Counted from the stretch's first letter, positions 24,003-37,015 are shown. The stretch: DNA of 64,000 nucleotides from Octopus sinensis (GCF_006345805.1 NC_042997.1:146072001-146136000), one strand, 5' to 3'. Numbers and translations: made by a program. Notes: generated by a model not told the origin, from the letters alone.

Positions 24003-26399
24003 TACTATATTAATAGTATTACACACTCTCAAACTCTCAACTAAATGAGTTAAAACATAGAAAGTTTCGATCTTTATTGTCCTTTGTTAAAATTACGTAA
24101 CTGTAAATGTACCTATGTTTAGTATGGTTTCCGTAAATACTGGAAGGTGATTATGCTTCAGTGAAGAAACCTCTATATGGTTGCTAGGCATACACAAGGT
24201 AACAGAGAAAATATATTTCAATCGTACAGTACCGCCTAAAATAAGGAAGTGTGTAAGGAATAATGGATTCCAAGGGATATTTATAAAGAAAAGAGAAGAC
24301 AAACAGATTGTGAGTGAAAAGAAGACCGAATGATCGTGGCTGAAATGCCTTTCCTCAGCATAATCAACTCTGACTTGGAGTTAAATAACAAGATAATTAT
24401 GAATAATATGAGAGATTTTCTATGGATATTCATACATTTATTATTTTATCTTTAATTTTTCGCTGCTTCCATTAGATAACAAACTATTAGCACGTCACAC
24501 ACTAAATAGTATAAAATTTAAATGCAAGACCATAAATAAGAACTTTCTGACAAATTGCAAGTTTTGCATCATATTGGCAAGCGTGTTTTCTTTATACTTA
24601 TTTGATTAAAGTCTGGTGAAAGTGAACTTGAAATGTTGAAATTTCAGTAGACAGTGATGTCGTAAAGGAATTTCAAAGCGTTTCATTAAATTAAAATTTT
24701 TTGATTCGTGATCATCAGAGTTTTTAATCAAACGGAGAAAATTTAAAGATGTCGATAAATGTCAGATGTTCCAGCAACCGGAAAAATAAATTGAATTTCA
24801 AATGAATTTAATATCATCTATGTGTGTGTGTATTATGTAATATAATTCCTTTCATTCATAATATATCATGGAACTGAAGACGCATATGTGTAATGTGTCA
24901 CACTGTCTAGAGGTTTATTACATTTCAAAAACAAAAAATAAATAAATATATGAGTTAAAATATGTTTTAAACCTGAATCAGTCAAACGTACGTATAGTTG
25001 ATTCGGGTTTTAAAACATATTTTAACGTATTTGGAAAAATATACAGGTAAATTTGAATAATATTTAAAATTAAAGCTGGAATGAAGTTGGAAAAAAATCT
25101 CTACCTGGATATAAGCGAGTTTAACTTCAAGTAATATGTCGTTTCACACAACACATTTCTTGTAGCTAAACTTGAAGGCTTAAGACGAATTTACCATAAT
25201 ATAGTTACATATTGCGTAGTACTGTCTGAGCTCTTTCGCATTTCTACAAACTTAATGTCATTGACTGTTACAGTTTTTTATTGAATACAAACTTGGTTTT
25301 AAAAAAACAGTAAAAAATTAGAAGTATTGTGAGAATATTATCAGAATATTAAGAATTGTATATCTCTTAATAGCATAAATTCTGTAAATATGAAGAAGCA
25401 GACTTAAAGCTGTGTATAGTGGAACAGGATAACAAGATTTAATGTGGTTCTTTATAACGATTGATAATTTCAGATAAATATTAGATCAATAATAAATCGT
25501 ATTAATAATAAATATTCCAGTCGTCGTTATTAGATCAATATTTCAATAACAAACCATATACATATACTTTCAGTAAAAGATATTTTCTTACCATATATCA
25601 CCTGAATTATTTTGCAGCAATCATTAAATTTGAGGAGATAAAATTTTCATCTTTACATGTTTTTAGGAGGATAAAAGACCATAATATGTAAACTTTTATT
25701 TAAGATTAAACATTGAATACTGAACATTTTTTTATATAATAAGTATCCCATTACAGATTCAAATAGGCAACATAAGGTTGTTGAGTTCTTAAACTTCTTT
25801 CAACTAACACTTCAGTGATAAGCATGGAGTGAGTCAGCATATTGTTATATGTATGTGTATATACATATATGTGTATATATATATACATATATGTATGTAT
25901 ATAGTAAGAGCAAATAAATCTTTATTGCATCTTAAACTGAAATATTTCAAAATATATTCTGAATTTGCTATAAAACAGTAAGCTACTTTCAAAAGCTACT
26001 TGCAAAATATAAATAATATAAATTGTTTTTATTGAAATTATTGGAAATGAATATGTAGAGTCTTATTCAACTTCGAATTTTACTAAGATTACTGAGATCT
26101 TATTGCCGGTGATAAAATTGTATAAACGATCCGAAATACTTATGTCTTCTGTAGTAGTTATCATAAATTAACTATTGAGTATCACAAAAATTAGAATATA
26201 TTTTGTATTATGCATTATATTTTGGATAAGCCAGTGTACTTAATACCCGTTCTTTGAAGTTATATTTGAGCTCAACAGCATTAGGTAACGAAATCTATGT
26301 TAGCTCAACACATCTTCCGATGCTTTCAGTCGTGAATTGTTACTAATTAACTGTGTGACTTAAGAGTATTCAGGAATTACTCCCTTCCTTGCAGAAAAC

Positions 26400-26620
26400 C
26401 TATTGGTTTCAAATTTTGGCACAAGGTCAGAAAGTTCGGAGGAGAGTCCAATCCGATGACATGACCCCAGTGTTCAACTGGAAGTTATTTTATCGATCCG
26501 GAACGATGAAGAGAAAAGTTGACCTTGGCGGAATTTCAACTCAGAACACTACGACGGATGAAATGCCGCTAAGCATTTTGCCCGGCGTGCTAACGATTCT
26601 GCCAGCTCGCTGCCTTCTTG
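26400..26620 (-). mobile_element. SINE family A
   Basis: Consensus match with the GCACAAGG...TTTGAAACCAATA tail variant. Confidence 0.85.
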
Positions 26621-27102
26621 TAGACAAAATATTATAGTCTCGACAGGTAAGAAATAGCAACACTTCGATCGGTTGTCTGTCACTCTACCGTGACGGCAGC
26701 CATCACTTTTAAGCAACCTTAACATAAAATAAAAAGTAATGTCAGTTTCTATCTGCTTACTGGTACCATGTAACCCATCACAACGTATCCCTTAGTCAGC
26801 GACTAAGCCTGATATTTCAAATTGATTAGGTGAAGAAAGTGTGCGTATAGTAAAACAAAATTAAGATAAAACCTGTCAAAGACCTACTCTCAGGTGTGAC
26901 AATGGTGAAGTATATCTGGAGAGGAGACTGACGTCATTAGGTCATCTGCCTATTGAAATACACATGCCGTACATATACGGGTCTCCTAATTATATAGATT
27001 TTAAATGGATGAATCATGTAATATAGCAACATGTATTTATAGTTTATAATACATTAAAGGAACAGGTTGCGTAACAAAGGAATAGAAAAGACGATGACTT
27101 AC

Positions 27103-27176
27103 CCGTCACACTTTGCAAAGAAGGTAATATTGATGCCCTTATTTGAAACAGCCATTGTCACAGAAGATGAAATATT
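27103..27176 (-). CDS. ITGB: Exon 13, hybrid (NISSSVTMAVSNKGINITFFAKCD)
   Basis: cttttcag/GTAAGT; phase 0-2. Confidence 0.9.
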
Positions 27177-27529
27177 CTGAAAAGAGTGAACAAAATACTC
27201 AATTTCAATAAATGAATTTTAAGCAATTTGGTCCGTTCACAGTTAATGTTTTATGAAATGAAAGATATAAATTATTTGGTATTTTGCAGACAAGAAGATA
27301 CATTTTGAACGCAGTGAAGGCGTGGTGACAGTGGAGAGAGGGCATATCTCATTATAAGACGGGAAAAATAGTTGCCAACAGATGGCCTGCTGGCAACTCT
27401 TTGCTCACAGCTATACTGCGTCCAAAATTTACTTTCTTGTCTGTAAAATGCCGACCACATTCGACGTTTCCAAAGTTTTCTAATAGAATAAATTATTTGT
27501 TTATATTTTGTGATAAAATATCTGTTTCT

Positions 27530-27756
27530 TTACTATCCACAAGGGGCTAAACACAGAGAGGACAAACAAGGATAGACAAACGGATTAAGTCGATTATATC
27601 GACCCCAGTGCGTAACTGGTACTTATTTAATCAACCCCGAAAGGATGAAAGGCAAAGTCGACCTCGGCGGAATTTGAACTCAGAACGTAGCAACAAACGA
27701 AATACCGCTAAGCATTTCGCCCGGCGTGCTAACGATTCTGCCAGCTCGCCGCCTTT
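27530..27756 (-). mobile_element. SINE family A (well preserved)
   Basis: Full consensus match including the TTTAGCCCCTTGTGG tail variant. Confidence 0.9.
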
Positions 27757-28292
27757 GTGACAAAATATCTTTAACCACTTTGGTTTGAATTAGATCAATA
27801 CTTTTACTTGGTTTTTACTTGGTTATTACAAAAGTAGGATACTTAAACATAAGTCTTATTTGCTATAATAACCAACGGTATATTAGGTACATATCTTTAG
27901 ACAGAACGATAGACCGGCACTCCCCCACACACACATATGTGCACATATACGGTGTGGTACTGTTTATCATGAAAACAAAATTATTAAAGCACCAATAAGC
28001 TATTAATATCATAATACTGCGTATAGATTTTACATAACATATACATTATATTTCATCATTTATGCAGTCGCACCTTTATTTCATATATCAACCATTATAT
28101 ATCTATCTGCCTATTCCTCTACCTGGGTCATTAGTATCTCCATATACCAGAAATGGACAGACTGGATTATATCGTGAATACAATCACACATCACCACATT
28201 CATGTCTTATCGTTGAGATAGCTTTCAGCTAACCAAACATTGTCCGTATACCGAGTTAAACTTAGAAGATGCATTAAAATAAATCGCGGAAC

Positions 28293-28481
28293 CTTATAGC
28301 TGTCAGTTATAATGTCAGCAATTGTTGATGTTTCGGAGTTGAATTCACTGACGTAGGAGGATTCTATTTTACGGCTTAGTTTCTCGTAAAGATGAATGTA
28401 TTCTTTACTGGCCACTGCAAATATTGTTGTCACTTGCTTTAATGACAATGCATTAGCAATTTGTTGAATGGAAGGATAATC
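28293..28481 (-). CDS. ITGB: Exon 12, betaI C-terminus (DYPSIQQIANALSLKQVTTIFAV...IITDSYK)
   Basis: tttacag/GTTCCG; DYPS and IFAV motifs; 63 codons. Confidence 0.96.
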
Positions 28482-28697
28482 CTGTAAACAGAAAAGAATA
28501 ATTGCATATGCATGAGTGTATTTAATTTGAAAGAATAAATTTCAAGTCAGATCCTGCAACGCTCAGAATTGTGCTTTGCAGTGTAAACAGCAACACAAAT
28601 ACACATAAATATGCATACATATGTGTGTACGTACCTACACATATATACATACACAGATGCACAAACACACACACACATATGTATATGTATAAGTGTA

Positions 28698-28729
<32 letters not shown>

Positions 28730-29017
28730 GGTATGTATGTATGTATGAATGTATGTATAAGTGTATATATACGTATGTATAAGAGTATATATAAACATAT
28801 ACATATACACAAAATGAGAGAGAGAGAGAAAGAGAGAGTGAGGGAGTGGACAAACAAAGAAGAATTACTGGCAACATTGAATTAGTGTGGTAAGTAAATA
28901 AAAAACAAGTAAACTCAGCTCCACGTAACTGAAAGTTTCGTGATAGAAGATGGGTGTCTCCATCTTTGGTACTTATATATATATTTGTATATTTTACATG
29001 TATTTATATATCTTATG

Positions 29018-29058
<41 letters not shown>

Positions 29059-29169
29059 TGTGTGTGTGTGTGTGTGTGTGTACATATATATGTATATATA
29101 AACGGAAAGTTTACGAAAATAAACAAAAGACGAAGGCAGGTGGACTACAAACAAACAAATGTATTAATA

Positions 29170-29530
29170 TAGCGCTCAGGAATAGAAATAGAAAAATGCT
29201 TTTACGTTTCGAGCCTACGCTCTTCGACAGAAAGATACACAGAAAAAAAAAACAAGGAGAGAAACAAGGAGAGAAAAAAATGCGTGTAGAAGCTAACGAT
29301 CTATCATGGATATATATATATATATACACATATATATATATATGTATATACATATATATACACATGTATACATACACACACACATATATATAGTTGAAAT
29401 TTACAGAAAAACAAAAGATAAAAACAGGTGTATGAACAATAAGCTGGTGTATTAGTTTGACGCTGGGGAAAGTGAGAAAGTTCTTTACGTTTCGAGCCTA
29501 CGCTCTTCAACAGAAAGGAATAAGAAAAAA
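29170..29530 (-). mobile_element. Two tandem Penelope-type terminal repeats, each with a minimal hammerhead-like motif (29199-29234, 29483-29516)
   Basis: CTTT-CTGT(C/T)GA-A-GAGC(GTAG)GCTC-GAAACGT-A-AA(A)G twice, 283 nt apart. Confidence 0.55.
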
Positions 29531-29639
29531 TAAACAGAGTGAGAATGAAATACTTGTGTTTGTGTGTGTATGTATGTATTGTGTGTCTGTGTGTGTGTGT
29601 ATGTATGTGTATATATGTATGTATTGCTTCTATGTATCA

Positions 29640-30120
29640 TAGTTAATTAAAATTTGCTCAAATATATCTTTGTCGCCCCGCCCCCCGCCACCTGCAACCA
29701 ACAACGGACTCTCAATATCAGCAACAACACAGACAATATGACAACATACCACATCATCATCATCATCATCATCATCAACATCAACAACAAGAAGAAAGAC
29801 AACAAAATTACCGTCAATTAGAACCACAAAGGCAACAACTGCACCTACATTTGCGAAACCAATAAAACTGCCAGATATCACAACAAAAGCATCTGAGACG
29901 TGAACAGCCCTAACAACTCGATCATCACCATCAACATCAACAGGAAAAACATCTGAAAGAACAACCCTGGGTGCGTCTCAACCCAGCTCTCCCTCTCTGA
30001 AATAGACACTCAGACAGACATTCACACGAACATAAAAAAACACTCATACACTCCGAGGATAGATTCCACAGACTTTTGCTCCTCCGCATCTCGAAGTGAA
30101 GATGCGGGGGAACTACACAA

Positions 30121-30170
<50 letters not shown>

Positions 30171-30175
30171 GCGCA

Positions 30176-30237
<62 letters not shown>

Positions 30238-30690
30238 TAGAAAACACAGAAAGAAAAAAGAGGCACAGAAAAAATACCTGGCCTCATATCAACACACTAG
30301 AAACCGCGGAAATGCTTTCACAGCAAAATACAGGTACATCGAAAACAATGCCATTCTCACCAGCTCAAAAACAGTCAACACAACCAATGGTACTACCACC
30401 AGCACCAACCTCAATATCACAACCCCTCCTTGCTTCCAAAAGAAAGTTCACACTATAGCAGTCAACCACACAGACATCAAATTTCATGTTTGTGAAGAGA
30501 ACCAACCAAGTACTGATGGCCCGCATTGCACAAAATAAGGATATTGAGAGAGGGGATGCAATTTACGACACCAGTACCTTTAAAGAGCCAGAATATTTAA
30601 TGTTAGTGCGCATGATTCTGGACATATACAAAAACATTAGGGAGATGTTCTCCTACAACGTGGGAACCCCGAACGTAAATGCCCCCGCTC
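29640..30690 (+). mobile_element. Unclassified degenerate retroelement-like sequence (possibly Penelope body)
   Basis: A/C-rich broken reading frames next to the hammerhead-bearing repeats; no decisive motif recognised. Confidence 0.25.
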
Positions 30691-30699
30691 AAAAGGTCC

Positions 30700-30990
30700 C
30701 CGAATAAAGTATATTTAAGGATGCTGAACGCAACAACTATGCTTCCAAAGGTGAATTCCTATCAAAACATGGCTATGATGCTCCCCCACCACTTCTGCTC
30801 GTGATCAGAGATGCACATATGGTCAGCCACTAAGGGACATACTCAAATGGTTAAGGTCACACAACTAACAAGCAAAGTTGAGGTGTCACGCAGAATATTT
30901 GTTGCAGACCATCTGTTATACCAAGTCAAAACAATAACACTTCCAATCAGTTAAGATCAAAAGCCATGAAAGCCACTGCCTTGTACTGCT
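30700..30990 (-). mobile_element. Inverted copy of the 13965-14437 (TAA)n-associated module
   Basis: Reverse complement of GGTATAAAAGATGGGC...GAAGTAGTGGGGGAGCATCATAGCC; abuts (TTA)n at 30995-31115. Confidence 0.8.
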
Positions 30991-31007
30991 TGTCATTATT
31001 ATCATTG

Positions 31008-31069
<62 letters not shown>

Positions 31070-31303
31070 GTTGGAGTTGTTGTTGTTGTTATTGTTTTTG
31101 TTATTGTTATTATTTACTTTGAATTTGCATGCTTGTTGCAATTACTTGCCGAGACTCACCCAGTGTCCTAGGGCGTGTGGAGGATAAGAGATGTTACAGT
31201 ATGATTGAATGTTTGGGTAAAGGGAAGTCGCAGGGCAGTAGTGAAATAGCTTCATGTTATACATTATTATTAATATTATTGTTGCTGTTGTTGTTGTTGT
31301 AAA

Positions 31304-31399
31304 AAGAAGAAGAAGAAGAAGAAGAAGAAGAAGAAGAAGAAGAAGAAGAAGAAGAAGAAGAAGAAGAAGAAGAAGAAGAAGAAGAAGAAGAAGAAGAAG
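31304..31399. repeat. (GAA)n microsatellite
   Basis: About 32 uninterrupted units, starting about 15 nt inside the donor of exon 11. Confidence 0.98.
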
Positions 31400-31414
31400 G
31401 TAACAAGCTTGTAC

Positions 31415-31498
31415 CTGAATCTCTGCTTCTTGGTATATATTCCGTTTAGTCCCTCCCATGCGACAATGGCCATCATTAGGGATTACTGCACCTGCAAG
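31415..31498 (-). CDS. ITGB: Exon 11, betaI (LAGAVIPNDGHCRMGGTKRNIYQEAEIQ)
   Basis: attcag/GTACAA; LxG+V.PNDG.C motif. Confidence 0.95.
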
Positions 31499-31559
31499 CT
31501 GAATGAACAGCATAAATTGTGAAATGCATTTAATTAGGCATAATAATATTAAACATGAA

Positions 31560-32140
31560 AGGGTGGCGAGCTGACAGAAACGTTAGCACGCCGGGCGAAA
31601 TGCTACTTATGAGTTCAAATTCCGCCGAGGTAGACTTTGCCTTTCATCCTTTCGGGGTCGATAAATTAAGTACTAGTTACGAACTGGGATCGATATAATC
31701 GACTTAATCCGTTTGTCTGTTCTTGTTCGTCCTCTCTGTGTTTAGCCCCTTGTGGGTAGTAAAGAAATAGGTATTTCGTCTGCCGCTACTTCTGAGTTCA
31801 AATTCCGCCGTGGTCGACTTTGCCTTTCGCCCTTCCGGGGTCGATTAAATAAGTACCAGTTACGCACTGGGGTTGATATAATCGACTTAATCCGTTCGTC
31901 TGTCCTTGTTTGTCCCCTCTGTGTGTAGCCCCTTGTGGACAGTAAAGAAATAAGAATCGTTAGCACGCCCGACAAAATGTTTTTAAATTCTTTAAATTCT
32001 GAGTTCAAATCCCGCCGAGGCCGACTTTGTCTTTCATCTCTCGGGATCGATAAAATAAGGACCATTTGAGCACTGGGTTCGATGTAATCGACCTACACCT
32101 CCCCACGAAATTGCTGTTCTTGTGCCAAAATTTGAAGCCG
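31560..32140 (+). mobile_element. SINE family A head-to-tail trimer
   Basis: Three consecutive units with internal junctions at about 31770 and 31950. Confidence 0.88.
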
Positions 32141-33456
32141 ATATTATACGGTTCATATGTATGTTATAAATCCCGTAATTAGGAAATTCTGGGACAAATC
32201 AAATGGATTTTAATCATGTAATGTTAATATTGATCGGAAATTGTCGTTTAAAAAAGCTAATTCAAAACTTATTGAACGAAATTTCTTTTTTTTTTGGGGG
32301 GGGGGGAGATTTTAAGTGGTAAATATATAATTTAGGTACAAGACCAGCAATTTGAGAGGAGAAATTTAGTCAATACGATCTATTCCAGTACTTGACTAGC
32401 AATGTATTTTATCGGTTCCGGAGAGATGAAACGCAAAGCTAACCTTGGAAGGATTTAAACTCAGAAGTTAAAGAGCTGCAAGAATATATCATTACGTATT
32501 TCGTTCAAAGTTCTTAAGGAATATGCCAATCGTTCGCCGTCATTGCAGATGCATAATTAATTCAAAATGAAGGATCATTCTACGTATAAGTTGTTCAAAT
32601 ATCCCTTAAGAGAAGTTCTCAGTTCTACCTGCCGATGACAAAATAAATTCTGATGATAAAATAAATTCTCATAAATTCTGCGGAAAGGATCCAACCGATT
32701 ATATTTACTTCATTACTTCACACGTGTTTATTTAACCAACCAGGACAAATTTCGATCCAGCAAGAATTAAATTTAGAACGTTAAATTGCTTAACTTTCTA
32801 TCCATCACGCCTCCAGTTTAGTCAATCGACTACCCCATTTTTTCCACGAACCACTAATTCTGTCAATCCACCATTCCATTTCATTCATTATTTAAGACGA
32901 TGTTGTTTAAGTACTGGTTGCGATTTACATCGCTATAATATGGATAATAAATGAATAAATAAATAAAGCTCCTTCTCGAGGTATATTGACTCATGAGGCC
33001 CGTTTCACGGTTTCAGTGGCGTATATAGATCAAGAACTAAAGCAATGACCACTGGTCTTTTAAGCTGAATATAGGACTATCTATGCATTTTTGCCCATCA
33101 AGAATTAACATATCCACTGTAAATTTCTACATTTATAACAGTCACTTAAGTTATGGTGGCGATTTATATTCTGAAAATGCATTTTATATGTGAATGCTGT
33201 TATAGAAATAGAAGTTAGAGTGTAATTTGAGGAAGATGTTATTGATAGTCCTGGCGGGTGATCGACCGGCATCATAAAGACACACTCGTTGGCTTTGAGA
33301 CATTGTAGTGACAACGGAGGTTTATAAGTCGCTAAATAGCAAAACGTTCATGGACATTTTATATAATATTTATTTTGAAGCACATTGTTATAAACGGTTC
33401 AGATTCTAAATCTCAGCAGTACACTCCTTTAACGAAGAAATATTCAATGTTCATAC

Positions 33457-33492
<36 letters not shown>

Positions 33493-33633
33493 GGTATTCT
33501 TTGTTATAACATATCGTATCGTCAAAGAAACAGTATAGAACATTGTTACCAATGATCTCGATGGTAAATTTTTTTTAAAGATCTAACGCTTAAGGGAATT
33601 AATAAATAATTCGTTGGTGATATAAGCACATAG

Positions 33634-33675
<42 letters not shown>

Positions 33676-33676
<1 letters not shown>

Positions 33677-34105
33677 TATGTTTGACTTTTGCTTTATGTT
33701 TGTACAAGTTGGCTCCAAGTCTCACCCAGAGACCTCAAGAAACAACAGGTTGGAAGTTCACGTTGTTGTTATGCCTAGTGTGCCATATATTTGGGGTTTT
33801 TTTGGTGTTGTACTAGTGAATGTCTAATAAATAAATTTAAAAAAAAAAAAATTTTTTTAAATGTTTGTTTTAAACCTTGAGATTACATAGAGAGTATTTT
33901 GCGTAGGATATGAACAGTTCCCATGAGCACTATCTTTTGAATTTCTGCCATTTTGGGGTTTCCTGGTATCTGAGTTAGGTAGCAATCATCCCCTTTCGCT
34001 ATCATTCCCAGGGTACCTATGACAACAGGTATTGTTTTAGTCTTCAGGTTCCACATTTTGCTGATTTCTATTTCAAGATCTTTATATTTGCTCAGTTTTT
34101 GGTAG

Positions 34106-34106
<1 letters not shown>
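33676..34106 (-). mobile_element. 5'-truncated R4/Dong-like non-LTR retrotransposon 3' end inside (TAA)n
   Basis: 33883-34106 translates to TYQKLSKYKDLEIEISKMWNLKTKTIPVVIGTLG...QKIVLMGTVHILRKILSM-stop (restriction-like endonuclease C-terminus). (TTA)n on both sides: 33638-33675 and 34107-34177. Confidence 0.85.
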
Positions 34107-34179
<73 letters not shown>

Positions 34180-34234
34180 TGTACATTGGATATTCTAAAA
34201 ATACATATACGATGTTCATAAATGATCTACTCAC

Positions 34235-34318
34235 CAGTCCATCTCCTGCATAATGGAATGGAGCATCAGAACAATAGATAATAATCTTTCGCGATTCGTT
34301 CCGCCATCCCACATTTTC
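34235..34318 (-). CDS. ITGB: Exon 10, betaI (ENVGWRNESRKIIIYCSDAPFHYAGDGL)
   Basis: ttaaag/GTGAGT; GWR and D.xFH.AGDG motifs. Confidence 0.96.
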
Positions 34319-34971
34319 CTTTAAGGTAAATGAAATAAAAATAAAATAATAAAGTCATTATAAAATTTCTCAGCTATGTCTTCTGCATGGAAAAGAAATA
34401 GTTAAAACCATTTTAAGATATTTAATATGGACTTTAATGCGATAAACCAAAATTAAATTTTAATTAATTTAATTTAATTCCTTGGTATGCGAAGAACAGT
34501 CACAAGTAAAATTACTTTTGTAGTCAAGAGATGCCGGGGAGAGAACTGAAATTTACATTATTAAAGATTAAAGTAGGGGCATGCAGTTGGTAATGAATTT
34601 TATTATTTTTAGTTGTGGTAATAATTCTGGGCATTTTCTGGTGGTATTAGATACCCAAAGTGAAATATATCCAATCATATAACTGCCAGATCTTATAATG
34701 ACTTTTGAATTGTTTAATTTTGGGGCGGTAATTATATATAGCGATTAGATAGTTCAAATCAATGAAAATATAAATATTTAAGCTAAAATTAAAAAAGTAA
34801 ACTCATTAGGGTCTTCTGGATATTTTTCTATGCTGTTGTTGTTTATTTTCAGTTTGGACTTGAATTTAAAAACCAGCGATCAAAATTTGTTCATGTATGA
34901 TAACATTGTTTTTCTGCGTGTCCGAGGTTATATAATCTAGTGTGTATTTTCACTTTAATGACAGTACAGGT

Positions 34972-35065
34972 TAACCCCTAAGGGTGGATGCTACTGTAGT
35001 TTGTAGCCCCAGGAGGACACCTCCTCCAGCTGGCTATAGACACACTTTCTGTGCCCTGTGTGTGA
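34972..35065 (+). repeat. Partial copy of the repeat unit found at 37396-37992
   Basis: TTAACCCCTAAGGGTGGATGCTACTG...GACACACTTTCTGTGCCCT is near identical. Confidence 0.9.
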
Positions 35066-36594
35066 AATTAGATCAAAATATATATTTGCTATGTTTGGTA
35101 TATATAAGCAGAACAAGAGGAGACACGTAGGATAGAGAATCAGTAATGAGGTCACATAATCTGTGACGAAAGACCTTAGACAAGGAAACTAGACTAAAAT
35201 AATGCTAATAAAGTTGAGGTAAAGATCAAATATATAGCGCATGTATAGCAATATCTAATTGAACACACAGTTTCACATCAAGAATCTTACAAAATTAATA
35301 TTATCATACTATTCCTTATCAAAACAGATTAAAGTTTTTCGTGTAGTAACAGTTGACAATTCTGATCGAAGTTGACAATTCTGTTCAAAGATATCCCAGC
35401 CGTGACCTTACCCTTTATTAAGGTACTGGCTTAAAAGCCGGCACCCTGTGCGGACTTTTACACTGGCTCATGCAGAGGGCTTTTTGGGCCTGCCGCCCAA
35501 AACTCAAGAGAGCTAAATAGCATAACTATAATACGTCTATAATGACTATATTATCCGGTGGTGCTTGATCAGAGGTTAAGGATGGATGAGAATTAATCCT
35601 GTAATGCAATCATTTTATCGTTTCAATCCCAAGTTGAATTCCAACTGTTGGCTAATTTGTCCCAAAGTTCTTATTTCGATGTAAAATCAACGAAGCAAAT
35701 GTCATTTGTCTCCCCTTTGATCCTTGACGTCACCTGACAAACACCAACCAAAATGCCATGAATCAGCCAAGCTTTACCTGCTAGAAATAGCAACCCAAAT
35801 GCTTTTAAATCAGATCCCAATGCTCGATGTTCAAGAACTAAATGAAGGGCAGAATTTCAATCCCGGGATCATCCTAATTCCCAAAAGGTATAATATGTCT
35901 ATGTAGAGCCAGTGTAGACTGAGATACAGAGGTCCTAGACGAACAGACAGACTTTCGTTTTTCTTATTGTAGATAGCTTTTGTCGAACTACATTATTCAA
36001 TGTGTCCAGTTTTTATTGAGTGATGTACGAGAGATTTTGTTTCTATTTCTAGCAAGTCTAGCGTTAGGCTTATATGCAATACATGTTGTACAGTTTCCAG
36101 TTGCCCTTTCATCCATTTTGTTTGATATTTAGTATAAATGTTTGATAGATTGTATAATCTAACAAGCTAATAAGGGTGGATCCGCAATAAATAACAATCC
36201 CATATCCGGCAAATCATACACTACTGTATTAAATCATTTGGGATGTCTTAGGTTGTGATTTCTCTATTCGAACAGACAAGGGGTTAAACAACAATAGTCC
36301 ATGAATAAAAAACAAAAGGACAATTTTCTATAACGACATGGTCTGTATTTAAGCTCGAAACGTAAAGACCCCGAACAAATAAAACAATGTATTTTAACCA
36401 ATACCCCTAATGATTCTACGGATTCATTACCTTCCTTTGGGATACAATGTAACAATATATGTCATTGTATATCTAACGCATTTAGTATGTGTGAATGATT
36501 TTGATTTTTGTTGTTTAGTTCCACGTCGTCTCTGATTACAGCCATGCTTTAATTTCTTATGATCATAATGAGTGATTAAAAGAAGATTTATATA

Positions 36595-37015
36595 GGCGCA
36601 ATCGAGGCTGTGTGGTAAGTAGCTTGCTTACCAACCACATGGTTCCGGGTTCAGTCCCACTCCGTGGCACCTTAGGCAAGTGTCTTCTACTATAGCCTTA
36701 GGCCAACCAAAGCCTTGTGAGTGGATTTGATAGACGGAAACTGAAAGAAGCCCCTCGTATATATGTTTTTTCATATATGTATGTGTGTGTGTGTGTGCGT
36801 GTGTGTGTGTGTGTGTGTGTTTGTCCCCGCCAACATCGCTTGACAAACGATGCTGGTGCGTGTACGTCCCTGTAACGAAGCGGTTCGGCAAAAGAGCCCG
36901 ATAGAATAAATACTAGGCTTACAAAGAATAAGTCCTGAGGTCCATTTTCTCGACAAAAGGCGGTGCTCCAGCATGGCCGCAGTCAAATGACCGAAACAAG
37001 TAAAAGAATAAAAGA
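36595..37015 (+). mobile_element. SINE family B (full length)
   Basis: Colinear with 20189-20612. Confidence 0.9.

Noticed and set aside
24113-24235. Exon-like segment with tttag/GT ends between exons 13 and 14
   Set aside because: In the required phase it hits a TAG stop; the open frame has no integrin similarity and the model closes without it.
25195-25243. 49-nt phase 2-0 segment that could be a mutually exclusive alternative to exon 14
   Set aside because: Weak acceptor, and the peptide NAKELRQYYAICNYIM is not homologous to exon 14.
31560-32140. CRISPR-like or regularly spaced repeat arrays
   Set aside because: Repeats are SINE multimers and microsatellites in eukaryotic DNA; there are no unique spacers or cas genes.
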